Positions 44,429 to 61,244 of a DNA stretch of 64,000 nt are shown piece after piece. The stretch spans positions 10,602,001 to 10,666,000 of the forward strand of contig OZ024758.1 of assembly GCA_964016885.1 (NCBI GenBank), written 5' to 3'. The first letter of the stretch is position 1. Each line of letters starts with the position of its first letter. The DNA comes from Eledone cirrhosa (Eukaryota). A model generated the notes under the pieces. The model did not search any database. It saw nothing but the letters and a program-made list of their open reading frames with translations, and was not told the origin of the DNA. The position numbers were made by a program, and so were the translations under genes.

Positions 44429-44499
44429 TATTTTTTTATGCGCATTTCAAAAACAAATATCATCATGCAATAACATTTGTGTTTTCATCAGATAAAATA
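44429..44499 (-). ncRNA. Minimal type I hammerhead with intact core, family A-related, in a fold-back remnant (44394-44666)
   Basis: tattttat-CTGATGA-aaacacaaatgttat/atgatatttgttttt-GAAA-tgcgca-TA-aaaaaata; flanking inverted atataagatcaaaa / ttttgatcttatat. Confidence 0.8.
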
Positions 44500-44663
44500 G
44501 GAAGACATGATATGAAGGTTAAAAACACTTGTGGATAGTGCAGTTTTAAATCAACATATCATTTTGATCTTATATATTATGTACACTCCGGTCCTACAAA
44601 CTGTAGAGTGCTTCTTATCCGATATCTGCATTGCTTTATTGTACTACAATAAAACTCACCTCC

Positions 44664-44710
<47 letters not shown>

Positions 44711-45494
44711 ATATATATATATACACACACACACATATATGCACACACACACACATATATATATGTATACATACACACACACACAGTTTTAACGTTGCCT
44801 TATTGTGCTAATTATACAACCATTCCTTGCTGTTAAGTCTTTAGTATTTTTCTATATCTGCTATACTAAATTTGGAATAGTTCATTATTTGCACCTCTAT
44901 CTATTTATCTATCGATCTATCTAGGTATCTATCTATCTATCTATCTATCTATTCCTTTCTCTCATCATCTCTGTGTTAGTTTTAAATATATATCCTATCC
45001 TAACTATATAAGTTTCTACTTGAATCAGTCTCCCCGAAGAAAATCCTTCTAATGTGAATATAATTCAGGTTTTAATTATTTTCTCTTTATAGTGAGCTGT
45101 TATTGATGTTTTCTATTTTTATGTTGCAAGGTTGCTAAATTTATTATTGAGAATACTCAGCATACATACTGTGTTTCCAATATCCATGATTCTGTTTAGC
45201 TGTCAAACCTTTTCGCTAATTAATCCGTGCCATGCTTACATTTTTCTTCAGACCTGGAGAGCAATGGATGCCGCCAGGTTTTTAATGCCCCCAAAACACG
45301 TCGTATGTAATGGCCATATCGCCGCTATCATTCCACGAGGAGTTGTAGAAGCAGTGGAAGTGAGGTTTGCATGCTTAAATTTTTCTTCTTCGCATTGCTG
45401 TTTCCAATAACTGCTCGTTTTACCAAAAGCCGTTCTATATGGTACAATTACACTTCTGGCAATTTTTATTATTTTCCGTTTAAAACAACCTGAT

Positions 45495-45700
45495 GGGTCG
45501 ACAGAAACCTTATAGGGTCGGACAACATCCTTTGTGGTATTTGTTCCGGCTCTTTACCGTGTGAGTTCAAATCTCACCCAAGTCCACTTATTCTATCGTG
45601 CCTCCGAGGTCTACGAATAAAGTATCAATAAAGTACTGGGATCGAATAATCGTCTTTCCCGTCCCCACCAAAAATGTCTCCCTTTCTGCTTATATTTGAA
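45495..45700 (+). mobile_element. Old SINE family 1 copy
   Basis: gggtcggacaacat..gagttcaaatctc..aagtactgggatcga. Confidence 0.6.
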
Positions 45701-45702
45701 CA

Positions 45703-46215
45703 GCAAACCTCACTTCCACTGCTTCTACAACTCCTCATGGAATGATAGCGATAGGGCCATTACATACGACGTGTTTTGGGGGCATTAAAAACCTGGCGGC
45801 ATCCATTGCTCTCCAGGTCTGAACGTAACCTATTTTATTCCAGATAAAGATGAAGAAAGAAGAATCGAACTCGATTGAATCTACGTAAAAATGCTTGACT
45901 CCTCGAGTTTTCCCAAACCTTCTGCCACTTGTCACACCAGCCAATATATATATATACAATATACAAGTGGAACCCGTTTCTTCTACAACAACTACAACGG
46001 TACGCGATGGGGCCCACTCACAGCCCCGGTGGACAGAATGGAGAAAGCGTTTCCCCGGAAGACGGCGAGGGAGATGCGTTGAAAGAGCCACTCCAACTCG
46101 CGGGGCTCACACCTGCGGCTGGCCAGCTCAGCGCCTATGGTGGTGAGTAAGGAGGTAGCCCTGGGGCCGAGGATACCAGAAATCTCCACTGCCAGGGGTA
46201 CGACCGCTGGACTTG
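45703..46215 (-). mobile_element. CRE-like non-LTR retrotransposon 3' fragment (RLE C-terminus plus presumed 3' UTR)
   Basis: PLAVEISGILGP..WLFQRISLAVFRGNAFSIL matches the P.AVET.G / QR.S.A..RGNA signature of CRE-clade elements. Confidence 0.7.
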
Positions 46216-48520
46216 TAATTTAACAATCGTTCCCTAAAACAACAAAGCCAAAGTTGGCCTCGACGGGAGGCGAATCGTGATTAATTCGAATCTGAGTTTA
46301 TCTTAACCCAAAACTGAGGAGTATACCAATTTCAGCTCTAAAGAATTCGTTTTGCATTAGTCTTTGATAGACGCGAAGTGTAAGGATTATAGTGTTAGGG
46401 TTAGGATCATTTTCACACAGGTTAGACTCCCTCACTGCACGTATATGTCCTTGAGCAGGAAACTTCTTTTCACACTTCCAGAAAGCTGAAGATGAGTACC
46501 ACCCCCATCACCACCAACTGGGGTTAACAGAGATTGGCGACCCTTAGATGTCGGTGTCTTAGATTCTCAGTCATGGAACGTAAATAAACCCTGGATAAGC
46601 TCCGACCTAATGAATCCTTAGACTTGGGAGTGACTTTAACTTTTAGCTAGGCTGGGCTTAACATCTCAGGTTATTCTGTTTCATCTCCCTTGTGTATTTT
46701 TATTGCACAGTACATTTCTATATATACAAGTTTTCAAAATATGATAAAATTCTGGTTTATATTGATATCCCGGCAAACCCTTCCAGTATTTGTTTCGAGG
46801 GGTCTTTCCTTGGATCACATGTTTAACTTTTTTCTCGTTTATTTTATTCTCATATTTTATGTAGTTTATATTTATTTCATTTTCTATTATTCTAATCAGC
46901 TCCTTCTCTTTCTGTTTCGCTGAATAAGAATACCTCTTTATTTCTTGACGCTGTTCGGGTGGAACCAGGATTCTATAGATACTGCTAAGAATACACAGTA
47001 AGTTAGCTTATTTCTTTTTCTATTGTTGCTCGGGTTTGCATCTGTGGAATATGGAAAAAGGATCTTTTGAAAGTTCTGCTTCTATTTCGCTATTCTTTCC
47101 TCAAGTCGTTTGATTATTCCTATCTTGGGGATATTTTTCTATTCATCGATATTTATTGATTTTGGTGCCAACTCTGTTATCATTTTACTTATTGTTTCTA
47201 AGAGATATTTCCTCGTTGTTGACATTGTATATTCAGCTTCAGTGTTGTATAGAGCAATTCTTTTTATTATCGAGTCACTGGTTAATACATTTCCTTCACA
47301 ATCAAGAGGTTTACGGTTCAATCCCACCGCATGGCAGGTATCTTGGATAAATGTTTTGTCTTTTTTTTATTATAAAAACTCCGTTAATTCTTTTTATTTA
47401 TTTTCAATTGAATGTAATGGATCTCCGTTAGTTACGATGAGGAATGTTCCAATTGCTCAATCAAAAGAACAGCTCGATAGAGAATTAACATGTAAGTGGT
47501 GGAGTATTCCTCAGACACTTATCACAAATTCTCATGGTGATTCAGCGTGACATATTGGCTTCTAACCAGTTTCCGTCTGTTCGATCTCACGAAGGTTTGG
47601 CTCAAGTCAGAGCTACACTAAATGACACTTGCCCAATATGACCCACAGAAATATCGAACTCGGGAGAATATACAGTGTAGTGTCTTTCCATCGTGGTACA
47701 AGGTCGAAACTTCGTAGAATCAACTCCTTTTAATATCAACTCGTAATCGATAACAGGAAAAGGAAATAATATAAATAGGTCAATTCAATAACTTAAGCTG
47801 GCACCAAATCAAGAAGTCAATAGAAAAAAAAATCAATAAACTCATTTTTATTATTTGTTTGCTTTTTTTTAAACAATTTATTCCTTATCGTCTTATGCTA
47901 ACATGCTTCCAGTAGGAACGCATCAAATAACATTTATATATGAAAGTCGAAGAAATATCAGTAAATATTTACACATCTTGAAAACATAATAATGCTTGCA
48001 TTAAATGTTTCAGAGGTTTTTTGTGTTATAAATAGTTTAAAATGAAATTTTCATCTCACATCTATGAAGGTTTAACTGGCCTCCTACAAAGTTGAATGTT
48101 ATAGTGGGTTTCTCAAGTTTTTTTTATCATTGAAAGGAGCCCCGCAGTCCTATCATGAAAAGCAACGTGAGATGAAACATTTTGCACCTAACCGTCCAAG
48201 AATCGAATGGACGGCCTTATGATCGAGAGTTTAACACAAAAATCACTATGGGAAGGGCCCCAACAGTCATTATTATGCTTAATTATATCATAGTGATTAA
48301 TTTACGGCAACAGCCGGCGTATGATCATCCAACAATCGGACGATACACTTAAGTTAAATAAATGACCATTAATATAATATGAATGTTTATGTTTGATTAA
48401 AGAGATAGATATTGATTATGGAGGAAATAACAAATATTCTTTGACAAGTTATACCTATTGAATGATTGTTGGCTAGAGACCATTTCATTTTGTATCGTCC
48501 ATTACGTAAACCCTGTGATT

Positions 48521-48621
<101 letters not shown>

Positions 48622-48631
48622 TCGCTCTCTC

Positions 48632-48670
<39 letters not shown>

Positions 48671-48865
48671 ATATATATGTGTGTGTGTGTGTATATATAT
48701 ATGTGTGTGTGTATATATGTGTGTGTGTGTGTATATATATATGTGTGTGTATATATATATGTGTGTGTGTATATATATATGTGTGTGTATATATATATGT
48801 GTGTGTGTGTGTATATATATATATGTGTGTGTATATATATATGTGTGTGTGTGTATATATATATA

Positions 48866-48918
<53 letters not shown>

Positions 48919-49074
48919 ATATATATGTGTGTGTGTGTGTATATATATATGTGTGTATGTGTGTGTATATATATGTGTGTGTGTGTGTATATATATATGT
49001 ATATGTGTGTGTATATATATGTATATGTTATGGAATACTGTTAGCTTCTCGCTAAAACAATTTCTATACCTTTC

Positions 49075-49139
<65 letters not shown>

Positions 49140-50173
49140 CCGCTTCTTCGTCGGAAAGCACATTTCTGACGAATTCTTCTGATAATACCAAACCTATTTA
49201 AAATATATACACACAAGCACACACAAACCCCTCTACATACGCGCACACATAAATATAAAGCATACACTCCCTCAAACACATTTAACAAAGAGATAAATAT
49301 GTAACAGACTGCGAAATCTTTTAAAGGAGCCATGGAATAATTTGGATATAATCTAGCAATAATAAAATCCCTGGCTGGAGTCAAGTTAATTAGGGGTTCA
49401 TTTAATTAGTCTTCTTGCTTGTTCTGAGTTTTTATCTGATTGACCTTTCAATAACTCAGAGTTCATTGTATGGAAGGCATTTCCCATAAATATGTAGTTT
49501 ATATCATTTCAGCAGAATTTACAGATAGTGTAATTTCACTGTGTTGCAAGGGTTCAAGTCCCAAACCTAATAATATCCTCGTTTCTTTTCAAGTCTTGGG
49601 TGCCTCCCAAAGGTCAGAGGCAATGTTCACTAAGTAACAAACAAAACATTCTATCAAATTTTGAGTGAACGATAATATAAAATCAAATATTGAAATGCAA
49701 AAGGTTAAAGTTCAAGCAATCAGCAAACAATCTATGAAAAAAAAAAGAAAAAGAATGATTCTGGCATAAATGTGAATCTGCCTTTTTAATGTTATTGACT
49801 TATATATTTAATTCTCAAATATAGGTCAGTTGGTCTCGGTTGAATTGCTTTAATATGGATAGCTCTGAGTTAAATGGTAAACTAGTCCACAGGCTATAAT
49901 CTTCGCACAGTTGAAGAGCAGCGTATATATATATATATATATATGTGTGTGTATATATATATTTATATATATGTGTGTGTGTGTGTGTGTATATATATGT
50001 GTGTGTGTGTATATATATATGTGTGTGTGTGTATATATATGTGTGTGTGTGTATATATATATGTGTGTGTGTGTATATATATATGTGTGTGTATATATAT
50101 ATATATGTGTGTGTGTGTATATATCTGTGTGTGTATATATATGTGTATGTGTGCGTGTATATATGTGTGTGTG

Positions 50174-50204
<31 letters not shown>

Positions 50205-50231
50205 ATATGTGTGTGTATATATATATATGTG

Positions 50232-50264
<33 letters not shown>

Positions 50265-50734
50265 TAATGAAGTGGACATTGGTTCGTTTTTGAAGCATTG
50301 AGGAAAATTTGAATATATGTTTGAACAGAAGGAAGAAATAAAGTCAACAAAAAACCCTTTAAGAGGTTTTCCAACGTGCTAGAAATCGCAGCTAAATCTC
50401 TTTTATGTCAGACCATGTCCTCTTAAAGAAGATACATTTAACAATGTACTACCTTATATATATATATATATTGTTATACTTTGGGAGGGTCATGTTGCCA
50501 ATATATATATATACATTCTATGAATGGTCTACATGGAGTTAGACAACAACAAGAACAAATACAGCGAAAATAGTTTCTTATGAAACCCAGAACATCTTTT
50601 GCTCTTATAGAATTTTTTAACCAAATATTTTTACTAAAATCTTTTTTTAATAAAAAATAATACATTTTCTAATTGCTTAGTAATTAAAGACAATGGGAAG
50701 TTTTTCTTTAGTTCCAAGTCAACTTTGGACAATA

Positions 50735-50737
<3 letters not shown>

Positions 50738-50830
<93 letters not shown>
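50738..50830. repeat. (ACT)n microsatellite
   Basis: Perfect run. Confidence 0.97.
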
Positions 50831-50831
<1 letters not shown>

Positions 50832-51298
50832 AGGAAAGAAAGAACATTTTCAAAAAGGAATATATTTCATATATTTTTTTGTTGAATTTTCATTCTTCAA
50901 AATTATTATTATAATTATTTTTTTTCTTTTTTGGCTTATTTATTTATTTATTTATTTCCAGTCTTATTCCCTTTTGAATATTTTCTTGACACCTGAATCT
51001 AATGTATATAATTCTCCTGACACATATTCAGACAATATTCACAGACATAATTTGTTGGAACTGTCTCTACTGGGAACTGAAAGTGTTTCTAAATTTAGAA
51101 GAAACTAATTTATCGCTAACTTTATTAATATCTCTTTAATATTTTACTGATCAATGGTGCAGCATTGCCGATGGTTAAAAAGTTCTCTTTACAATAATTA
51201 CGTCCCAGGTTCGATCTCACTACATAGTATTTGGGGTAAAGTGTCATTTACCATAGCCTCGGGTCGAACCATTTCTTGTTTCACTATAACAAATCGTA

Positions 51299-51510
51299 GG
51301 GCGGTAGATTGGTAGTAGAATCTACAGAGCGTCGGACAACATGCTTTATGGCATAGAGTTACGGCCCTTTCCGATCTGAGTTCAAATTCTGCCGAGGTTT
51401 GCTTTGCCTTTTATCCTTACGGGATCGGTAAAATAGAGTACAAATTTATACTTAGGTCGATTTAATCGACTTTCCCCTCCCACAAAATTGTTGGCCGTGT
51501 GTCTAAATAA
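51299..51510 (+). mobile_element. Old SINE family 1 copy with long tail
   Basis: gggcggtagattgg..gagttcaaattctgccgagg..ggtcgatttaatcgactttcccc. Confidence 0.75.
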
Positions 51511-52010
51511 AAAACCAATATACCAAATCATAAGTTTTATTGTGATAAACCCTGAGAAATAACCTCCCAGAATATATTCTTCAATCACATATTCTCATCA
51601 ATTCTGCGACTACTTGAATCATCATCCAGTAATGTTTCCCTCATGTAATATGTTAATACGAGCAAGTTTTTGAAAGCTCAATAATTGTATAGTCTGAAAC
51701 AGGATTTAGTCTGAAGCTGATTTAATTTCTGAACTTTTAATTCATGATCAACCTTGTAGTATGTCATTTGATATATGCACAGTGAACATCATTATTTCCT
51801 AGTTTGGCTTTCTCGATTATTCTTCCCCTGAGAACCAACTCCCTGCCCCTCGAGAATCACCGCTTCATGCGTTGTATCTACCGCTCAATTCATTCATGCA
51901 TACACAGACAAACAGACAGGCACACACGTAGACAAACATACACACACACACAAACAGACAGACATACACACTGCCACAAAGACATTCTCTCTCTCACATA
52001 CATATATATA

Positions 52011-52087
52011 CAGGGTGTCCCAAGAAATGCATACAAACTTTGATTAGAATGATTTTGAAGTGTACATACATTTTTGGGGACACCCCG
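52011..52087. mobile_element. 77-bp Tc1/mariner-type MITE
   Basis: TA-cagggtgtcccaagaaatg..catttttggggacaccccg-TA. Confidence 0.75.
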
Positions 52088-52402
52088 TATATAAAGAGGT
52101 TGAACGAAATGATTTAGGTAAAAAGACAATGGAGTATTCGTTGAAATGTTAATATTTTCCAAGGAAATAAGTAAAAGCACTTATAAAAAATTCGAAGATT
52201 TATTGATATATGAATCAGCTTCGATAATGTTTCAAATTTCTAAAATTTAGAAATGTAATAATACATACATGAAAATAAATAGATTACATATAGTCGATAA
52301 TATTTGATGTTTGGTAGGACGTTATACGCAAGGAAAACTTAAGAACACAAACTCGAAAACATCTGTCGAAATTAAGTTTCGAAATATTCTTTACATTCAT
52401 TT

Positions 52403-52462
<60 letters not shown>

Positions 52463-52787
52463 AAGAGAGAGAGAGAAGAATAGATAGTCATAAAATATAT
52501 TTATAATATATTTCATTAAAAGAATAATTTGATTTTATCATTAAACAAAAAATAGATTGTTTAAAAACAAAATGTCAACACTATGATTTTTCTGAAGATA
52601 TGTCTTTTGATCAATTTGCTGTTTAATCGATTTATGTATCTACCAATATGTCAACTCAAGTGCCTTTCAGCCAATATGTCATGGACGAATGACCTATATT
52701 CCATATATAGATTGTTTTCCTTGAAAAAGTAATAGATTTTTTAAAGTTCTAGAATTTCAGTAGTTCTGGTACAGGATTATCAAGTAT

Positions 52788-55056
<2,269 letters not shown>

Positions 55057-55057
55057 T

Positions 55058-55237
55058 TGGGAGCCCCTACATGGACACACTAGAAGAGGAAGACCAAGGT
55101 TAACATATGTTGATGCCCTAAGGACAGACACTGGTCTGTTGGAGATGCAGGATATGGCAGCGATAATGAGGGACAGAGACCGCTGGAGAGAACTCGTCCA
55201 TGGATCTCGGGAATTTTACCCGCCTTAGATAGATAGA
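55058..55237 (+). mobile_element. RTE-clade LINE 3' fragment with (TAGA)n tail
   Basis: Essentially identical to 17995-18175. Confidence 0.85.
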
Positions 55238-56013
55238 TATATGTATATATATATATATATATATATACATACATATATATGTATATATATATATGAAGTG
55301 TTTGTGAATCCTTTGATATTTAATATTTGTTCCCATAACTTTTCAATTTTTGCAAACCCCAATAAATCTATAATAAACAGATTTCGTTCAAAATATTTCA
55401 CAGTTGTCATATTTTTAAACAACCTACTATATTCTAAAGTCCATTAAAATCTTCATCTCAGAGGCTTCATTATTATTTTTTTTCTCTAATATTTTATCTG
55501 AAATGACACCAAATATAGTTTGCTCCCTTCGTGATGGATCGACGGGCCAGTGATTTAAACTAGAGATAAACTTTCTACGTGAACTAAATCTGCAATTCAA
55601 TATCAATTCTTAATGGAAGACTTTTTATTTATGAATTGCTGGAACATGGCACGTTCAACGCGTGTTGTGTTGCAGAAAATAACATTGACAAACGGAATGG
55701 AAAAATTGGAATTACTCCAAGAAACACCAAGACAGTTTCAACAAAGGGTGTGTGTCAAAGATGTGATTTACAAGCTGATCTCTAATTAACAACATTGCAG
55801 CCTACAGAGGTTCTATGATTGAATACAATTTGGCGCCATAATAGTATAGCAAGAGGTCAACTTTTCAGAAACAGTGATGCGTTACATGAATCAATTGCTA
55901 ACAGAATCACAATGATCTCCTTTGGACAGCTAACAAATAGAATATCCAGCAGCTTAAGTGCTATTACTGATATATGTCTTAACGTTTTCAACTACGTTAA
56001 GGCATGTAATTAG

Positions 56014-56120
<107 letters not shown>

Positions 56121-56289
56121 AGTAATCCCGACTCTAGTCTTATTGTTGTGTTGTGTATCATTACATGATGGAATATAGATAGATAGATGTTTAAATAACT
56201 TTAGTCAAAATATTTATCGCTGAATAATAAATATATGTCATATAATTTCTAATACATTTATTTAAGTAGATAATTGGAATCTACAAGAG

Positions 56290-56349
<60 letters not shown>

Positions 56350-56489
56350 AATCTACGTCTGATGATCCTGCAAGTGTGTTGGTGAAACTCCAAAATAACA
56401 AGGCTAACCACTTAGCCTTCATAAATGAATATTTAAAATCTACTTCGGTATTGAATACATTTTCTAGCGTTCGTCAATAACACACAACC

Positions 56490-56521
<32 letters not shown>

Positions 56522-56643
56522 TAAACTTGGCTGTGGGATGGAGAGGAATAGGTTCCGCCAGGTTTAAATGTCATATCGGCGACCGTATGACTACATTATG
56601 AGTTAAGACCCATCTATATATGTATACATAAACATACACACAC

Positions 56644-56697
<54 letters not shown>

Positions 56698-58185
56698 GAT
56701 TATGGTGTTTAGTATGCTAGCGTGTGTATGTGCCAGTTTATCTCTGTGTTTATGTGTGTGTGTTTATGTGCACTTCTATATGTGTATGAATTTATAAACG
56801 TATAAGTTAATTAAATGAGGAAGCTGATTCCTCGTACAAACAAAGAAAAAACAACAACAACAACTAAAAAAATACATGATTAAAAATAAAAAAATAAAAA
56901 AATGTAAAAGTGAATAAATAAAACAATTCTTTACTGTTCGCCTCGGTATACATGGCAGAGATTATTAAAACAATAACTCTAATATATTGCAGAGTGTATT
57001 CTATAGAAACACACAGAGACGTACAGCAACACACATAAAGGCAGACACATTTCTGTGCAGACGTATTCATACAGTTTAAGGAGAATGAAATAAAGGAAAA
57101 GAAGCGATGGAAGTATCCCAGTTGTTTTACTAATGGATCATTTGAGCTGTCTAAAGAATCTGACTTAATCGTTTTCAATGGAATATAGTAACAGTTTTCT
57201 TTAAATTCCTTCTTTCCTTTTTACTTCTTTTAGCTTACACCGCTTAATTTGAACGAGTATATTTTAAGTGTAGAATGGAGTACAAAATTATGTTTGAACA
57301 CACACACGTATATATATAATAGGTTTTTATTTTGGGAGATTCTGCACTTACGTTTGTTCACAGATCCTGATAGGGCATTTTGTTTTTACATATATTTCTA
57401 AGAGTGTCTACAAATATCTACCAAATTGTTTCTATATCGGTAGAGGAATCAGCGCGTGAAAGATCCTGAATGATTGCACCCCAGTTTGCATTATGGAAAT
57501 CCCTGTTATCAAATAGATGGACTAGAGAGAGAGGTTATGGCGTTTAACTTTCGGCTGATGGAATCTCAGGTCACAGAGAACGATGTCATGGTCTGAGAAG
57601 AAAGGTTTCTCCACTGTAAGATAGTGATTGTGTGCTTACTAAACACTAGGTCCAAAATATCTTTTCCAACCACTGAATTATTGTTATATAAGCTTCCAGT
57701 GTCCCCGCATTGCCTGGTGGCTTAGCTGAGAATAGACTCCCTGATGACGTAAGGCTTCTCTACAGGTATTACATAACTGTATTTATCCCCTTACAGAAAC
57801 TAATTAGTTGGAGTGAAATTTTAGTAAGTCAATTTTCATAACTTTCTTATTTACGTCTTTCATATAATTGTTCTGCATTCCCCTGCATAGAACTACAACG
57901 TTACTAAGACAAAACATATATATCTGGTAGCGTAGGTATGTATCTGTATACATATGTCGGTAGATATATTAATTCTTTATATATATATATATATATATGA
58001 TTATTTCTGAAGACAGCATATATGTGTGTAGGTATGTATATTCCCTCTGATAGTTTGTAAAATTTTTACATAGATCTATATGATATACATACCAACACAC
58101 ACATATATATCCTAGAAACGATCGTAAAATGATGATTTTTTAATATAAGGAACTGTTTCTTTGTTTTTATTCATTGTTTTTATTA

Positions 58186-58219
<34 letters not shown>

Positions 58220-58762
58220 CATCTATATTGTTTTCTAATTAATTAATCCAAAACTTAATTCCATCGAATCACGTACCTCAGAACTCTCTCTTCTCCATAT
58301 AGGCAAATTATATTTGTTTTTCTTGTAAATTCATTTTATAATTGGAAATAATACTTAATGACTTTAGTTAAATTCGCTTTTGTATCATCCCCATCACATT
58401 ATCTCTCTCTCTTTTTATCTTGCTTTTCTCAGATTTAGTAAATTGCTTTTCAAACCCTGCGTTATTTTTTGTTAATGGATATATCGCTTTTCGTTATGTC
58501 GTCTTCTAAATTAATTTCCGATATTATTATACGGATTTTTCTGTTATTTTGGTTTATTATTTTATATTTTTCTTTTACCTATATTATCTATATAAACAAA
58601 ATTTATTGTTTTAGTTGCACATCAGTTTTTCATGTATGTATAATGCGCATATATACTATGAATTATACACACGCATTCTCATGTGTGAACATATATGTTT
58701 CTATAGGAATATATATATATATAAATATATACACATGCACACACACGTACATGCATATATAT

Positions 58763-58856
<94 letters not shown>

Positions 58857-58943
58857 GCATATATATATATTCATATGTGTGTGTATATAAATATATCTAT
58901 ATATTTGCATATATATTGTATGTATACATGAATATAGACAAAT

Positions 58944-58994
<51 letters not shown>

Positions 58995-59008
58995 ACAGCG
59001 GCAACAAA

Positions 59009-59050
<42 letters not shown>

Positions 59051-59855
59051 TTTTTTTCTGTGTGTGTCTTTGTGTGCGGCTGGGTGTGCGTATGTGTGTG
59101 TGTGCGTGTGCATGCGTGTGTAGTTATATATATATAGATATAAGTTTATATGTACACATATCTATGTGTGTTTATTTAATCTTTCACCTCTTCAGAAATG
59201 AATAGTTAAAGGTTATTTCATTTGTGGTAATTGGCACTACAGATATTATTATCAATATTTGGTGATGTTATTACCATTCTTCTTACTTCAGGCGTTATTG
59301 CTCTCCATTAATCTCTTGTCGTCTAGCCATACTTTTGTTTGCTGTGATACTTACTGTTCACATTCCACTATTATCTGATTCTTATGAACGCATGTCATCC
59401 GCTGAATTCTTTTTATTTTAGTCTATCTATTTTTTTTTATTAATTATCACACGGAAAAATATCATTCCTTAGTTACATATGTAAATTATTTTCGTAATTT
59501 AACTGAGACAAAAATATTTAAAAAAGATGTAGTCCCATTCGATGTCTGTTAATTCCAATGTAGCCCTCTAGCAGAAAATTGATCCCAACTTAGGGTCATG
59601 TGCTCAATACCATAAGGTTTATTGTCGTTGTTACCATAATTTTCTTCCGTATAGAAGCCCTGTTATATCTACAACTATAATGTCAATATATCCTTTTTTT
59701 TTTTTATTATGAAAAAATTTGATTTGATGAATATTTGTCAGCTATTTCTAGCATGTCTTGCGATCGAATAACTTCACATTTGACAACAATTTTATATCTC
59801 AATGAATATTAATTTCACAAGAAACCTAAAATGATCTAGCGTGTATATATATATG

Positions 59856-59888
<33 letters not shown>

Positions 59889-61123
59889 AGCATAGATTTT
59901 TGTTTGCTTCGCAATCGAGTTAAGAAAGTCAGGTCGTATAAGTATATATATATTCTGTTTATCAAACGTACCACTTCACTTTTGAACTATAGCGTTTGTA
60001 AGACTTCACAAAACATATGATGTTTTATCGTATCCAACGCATTACCATATTTTATATCTCTTTCATTTTAATGAATTAAATATACTCAGATATTATGATA
60101 TCTAACGAACGAATAAATTAATCAAACCCACACCATGATGTATTAGATTATCTTCAGTTTCATAGAGTGAAAGATTTATAAAAAAATATAACAAATTTGA
60201 TCTTTTCTTTCTCTTATTTTTCTCCTGTCAACTCCTCAGCGCCACACGTCTATCTCCCTTTCTCTCTGTCATACCACACATATGACATATCAAATGTTTA
60301 TTTTATTAAATAACCAATGTTTTAAACACTTGAATATTGAATTATATATTTTATTGGGTCTTTTTTATAGTTATGCAGCGCAAATTTCAACAGGCAAGTG
60401 ACAAGATCTGAGACCATGTGTTAAAACTAAACTAGTTACATCGTGTAAGTCACACTTTAGACATTATTAGAAGAAGAAATAACACACACGTACACGCACA
60501 CGCATGCACACACACACACGCGCACGCCCCCCCCTCCACACAGCTTCCCGGTGTTAAAATGTTTCTTTGCAATGTTTACAGCCGACCTACTGTGACCAAG
60601 CTACAAACAGTATGTCGGTAATTTTGACACCAAGAAATAAATGATAAATGTGAAATAGATTTTTACTGCTTTCTATGTTTTGGGAATAACTAAAGTTACT
60701 CATTTATGACTTTATTGTAGATAGAAGTGGTCTGTTTTAAAGGTTCTAAAGTAAATATCCACCTATTAATCGTCAATAATCAAGCAATATCTGTGAAATA
60801 AATATTTATTCTCTTCTGTTTCGTTGGATATTTCTATTGAAAGAGCATAAACAGACAGTAACTGTGGTGATCTTCTATAGCAGGAGTTAAAGTTACATTA
60901 GTATATTCTGGGGGTCTCCAGCTTGGGTGATTACGAACTCAAAGCTTTCACAAAAATCAATTTGGGGTTTCGTGATAAGAAATGGGATTCCTACAGAGTT
61001 TGGCATTTTTTGTGGAGTTTACTATGGCACATTAAAGAATCAACTTTAATATGTTATTATTTTATTAAATTCAATAGACTTTTTATAAAGGAAAAAGGTG
61101 TATTCTTTATATTACCAGTGTAT

Positions 61124-61156
<33 letters not shown>

Positions 61157-61160
61157 CTCA

Positions 61161-61244
<84 letters not shown>

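Noticed and set aside
56352-56395. ctgatga..gaaac after (AT)n
   Set aside because: Context fits a PLE remnant, but the stems are too decayed to call a ribozyme.
59172-59200. Minus-strand attt-ctgaaga-ggt-gaaa-gatt-aaat
   Set aside because: Stem II absent; likely chance in AT-rich DNA.
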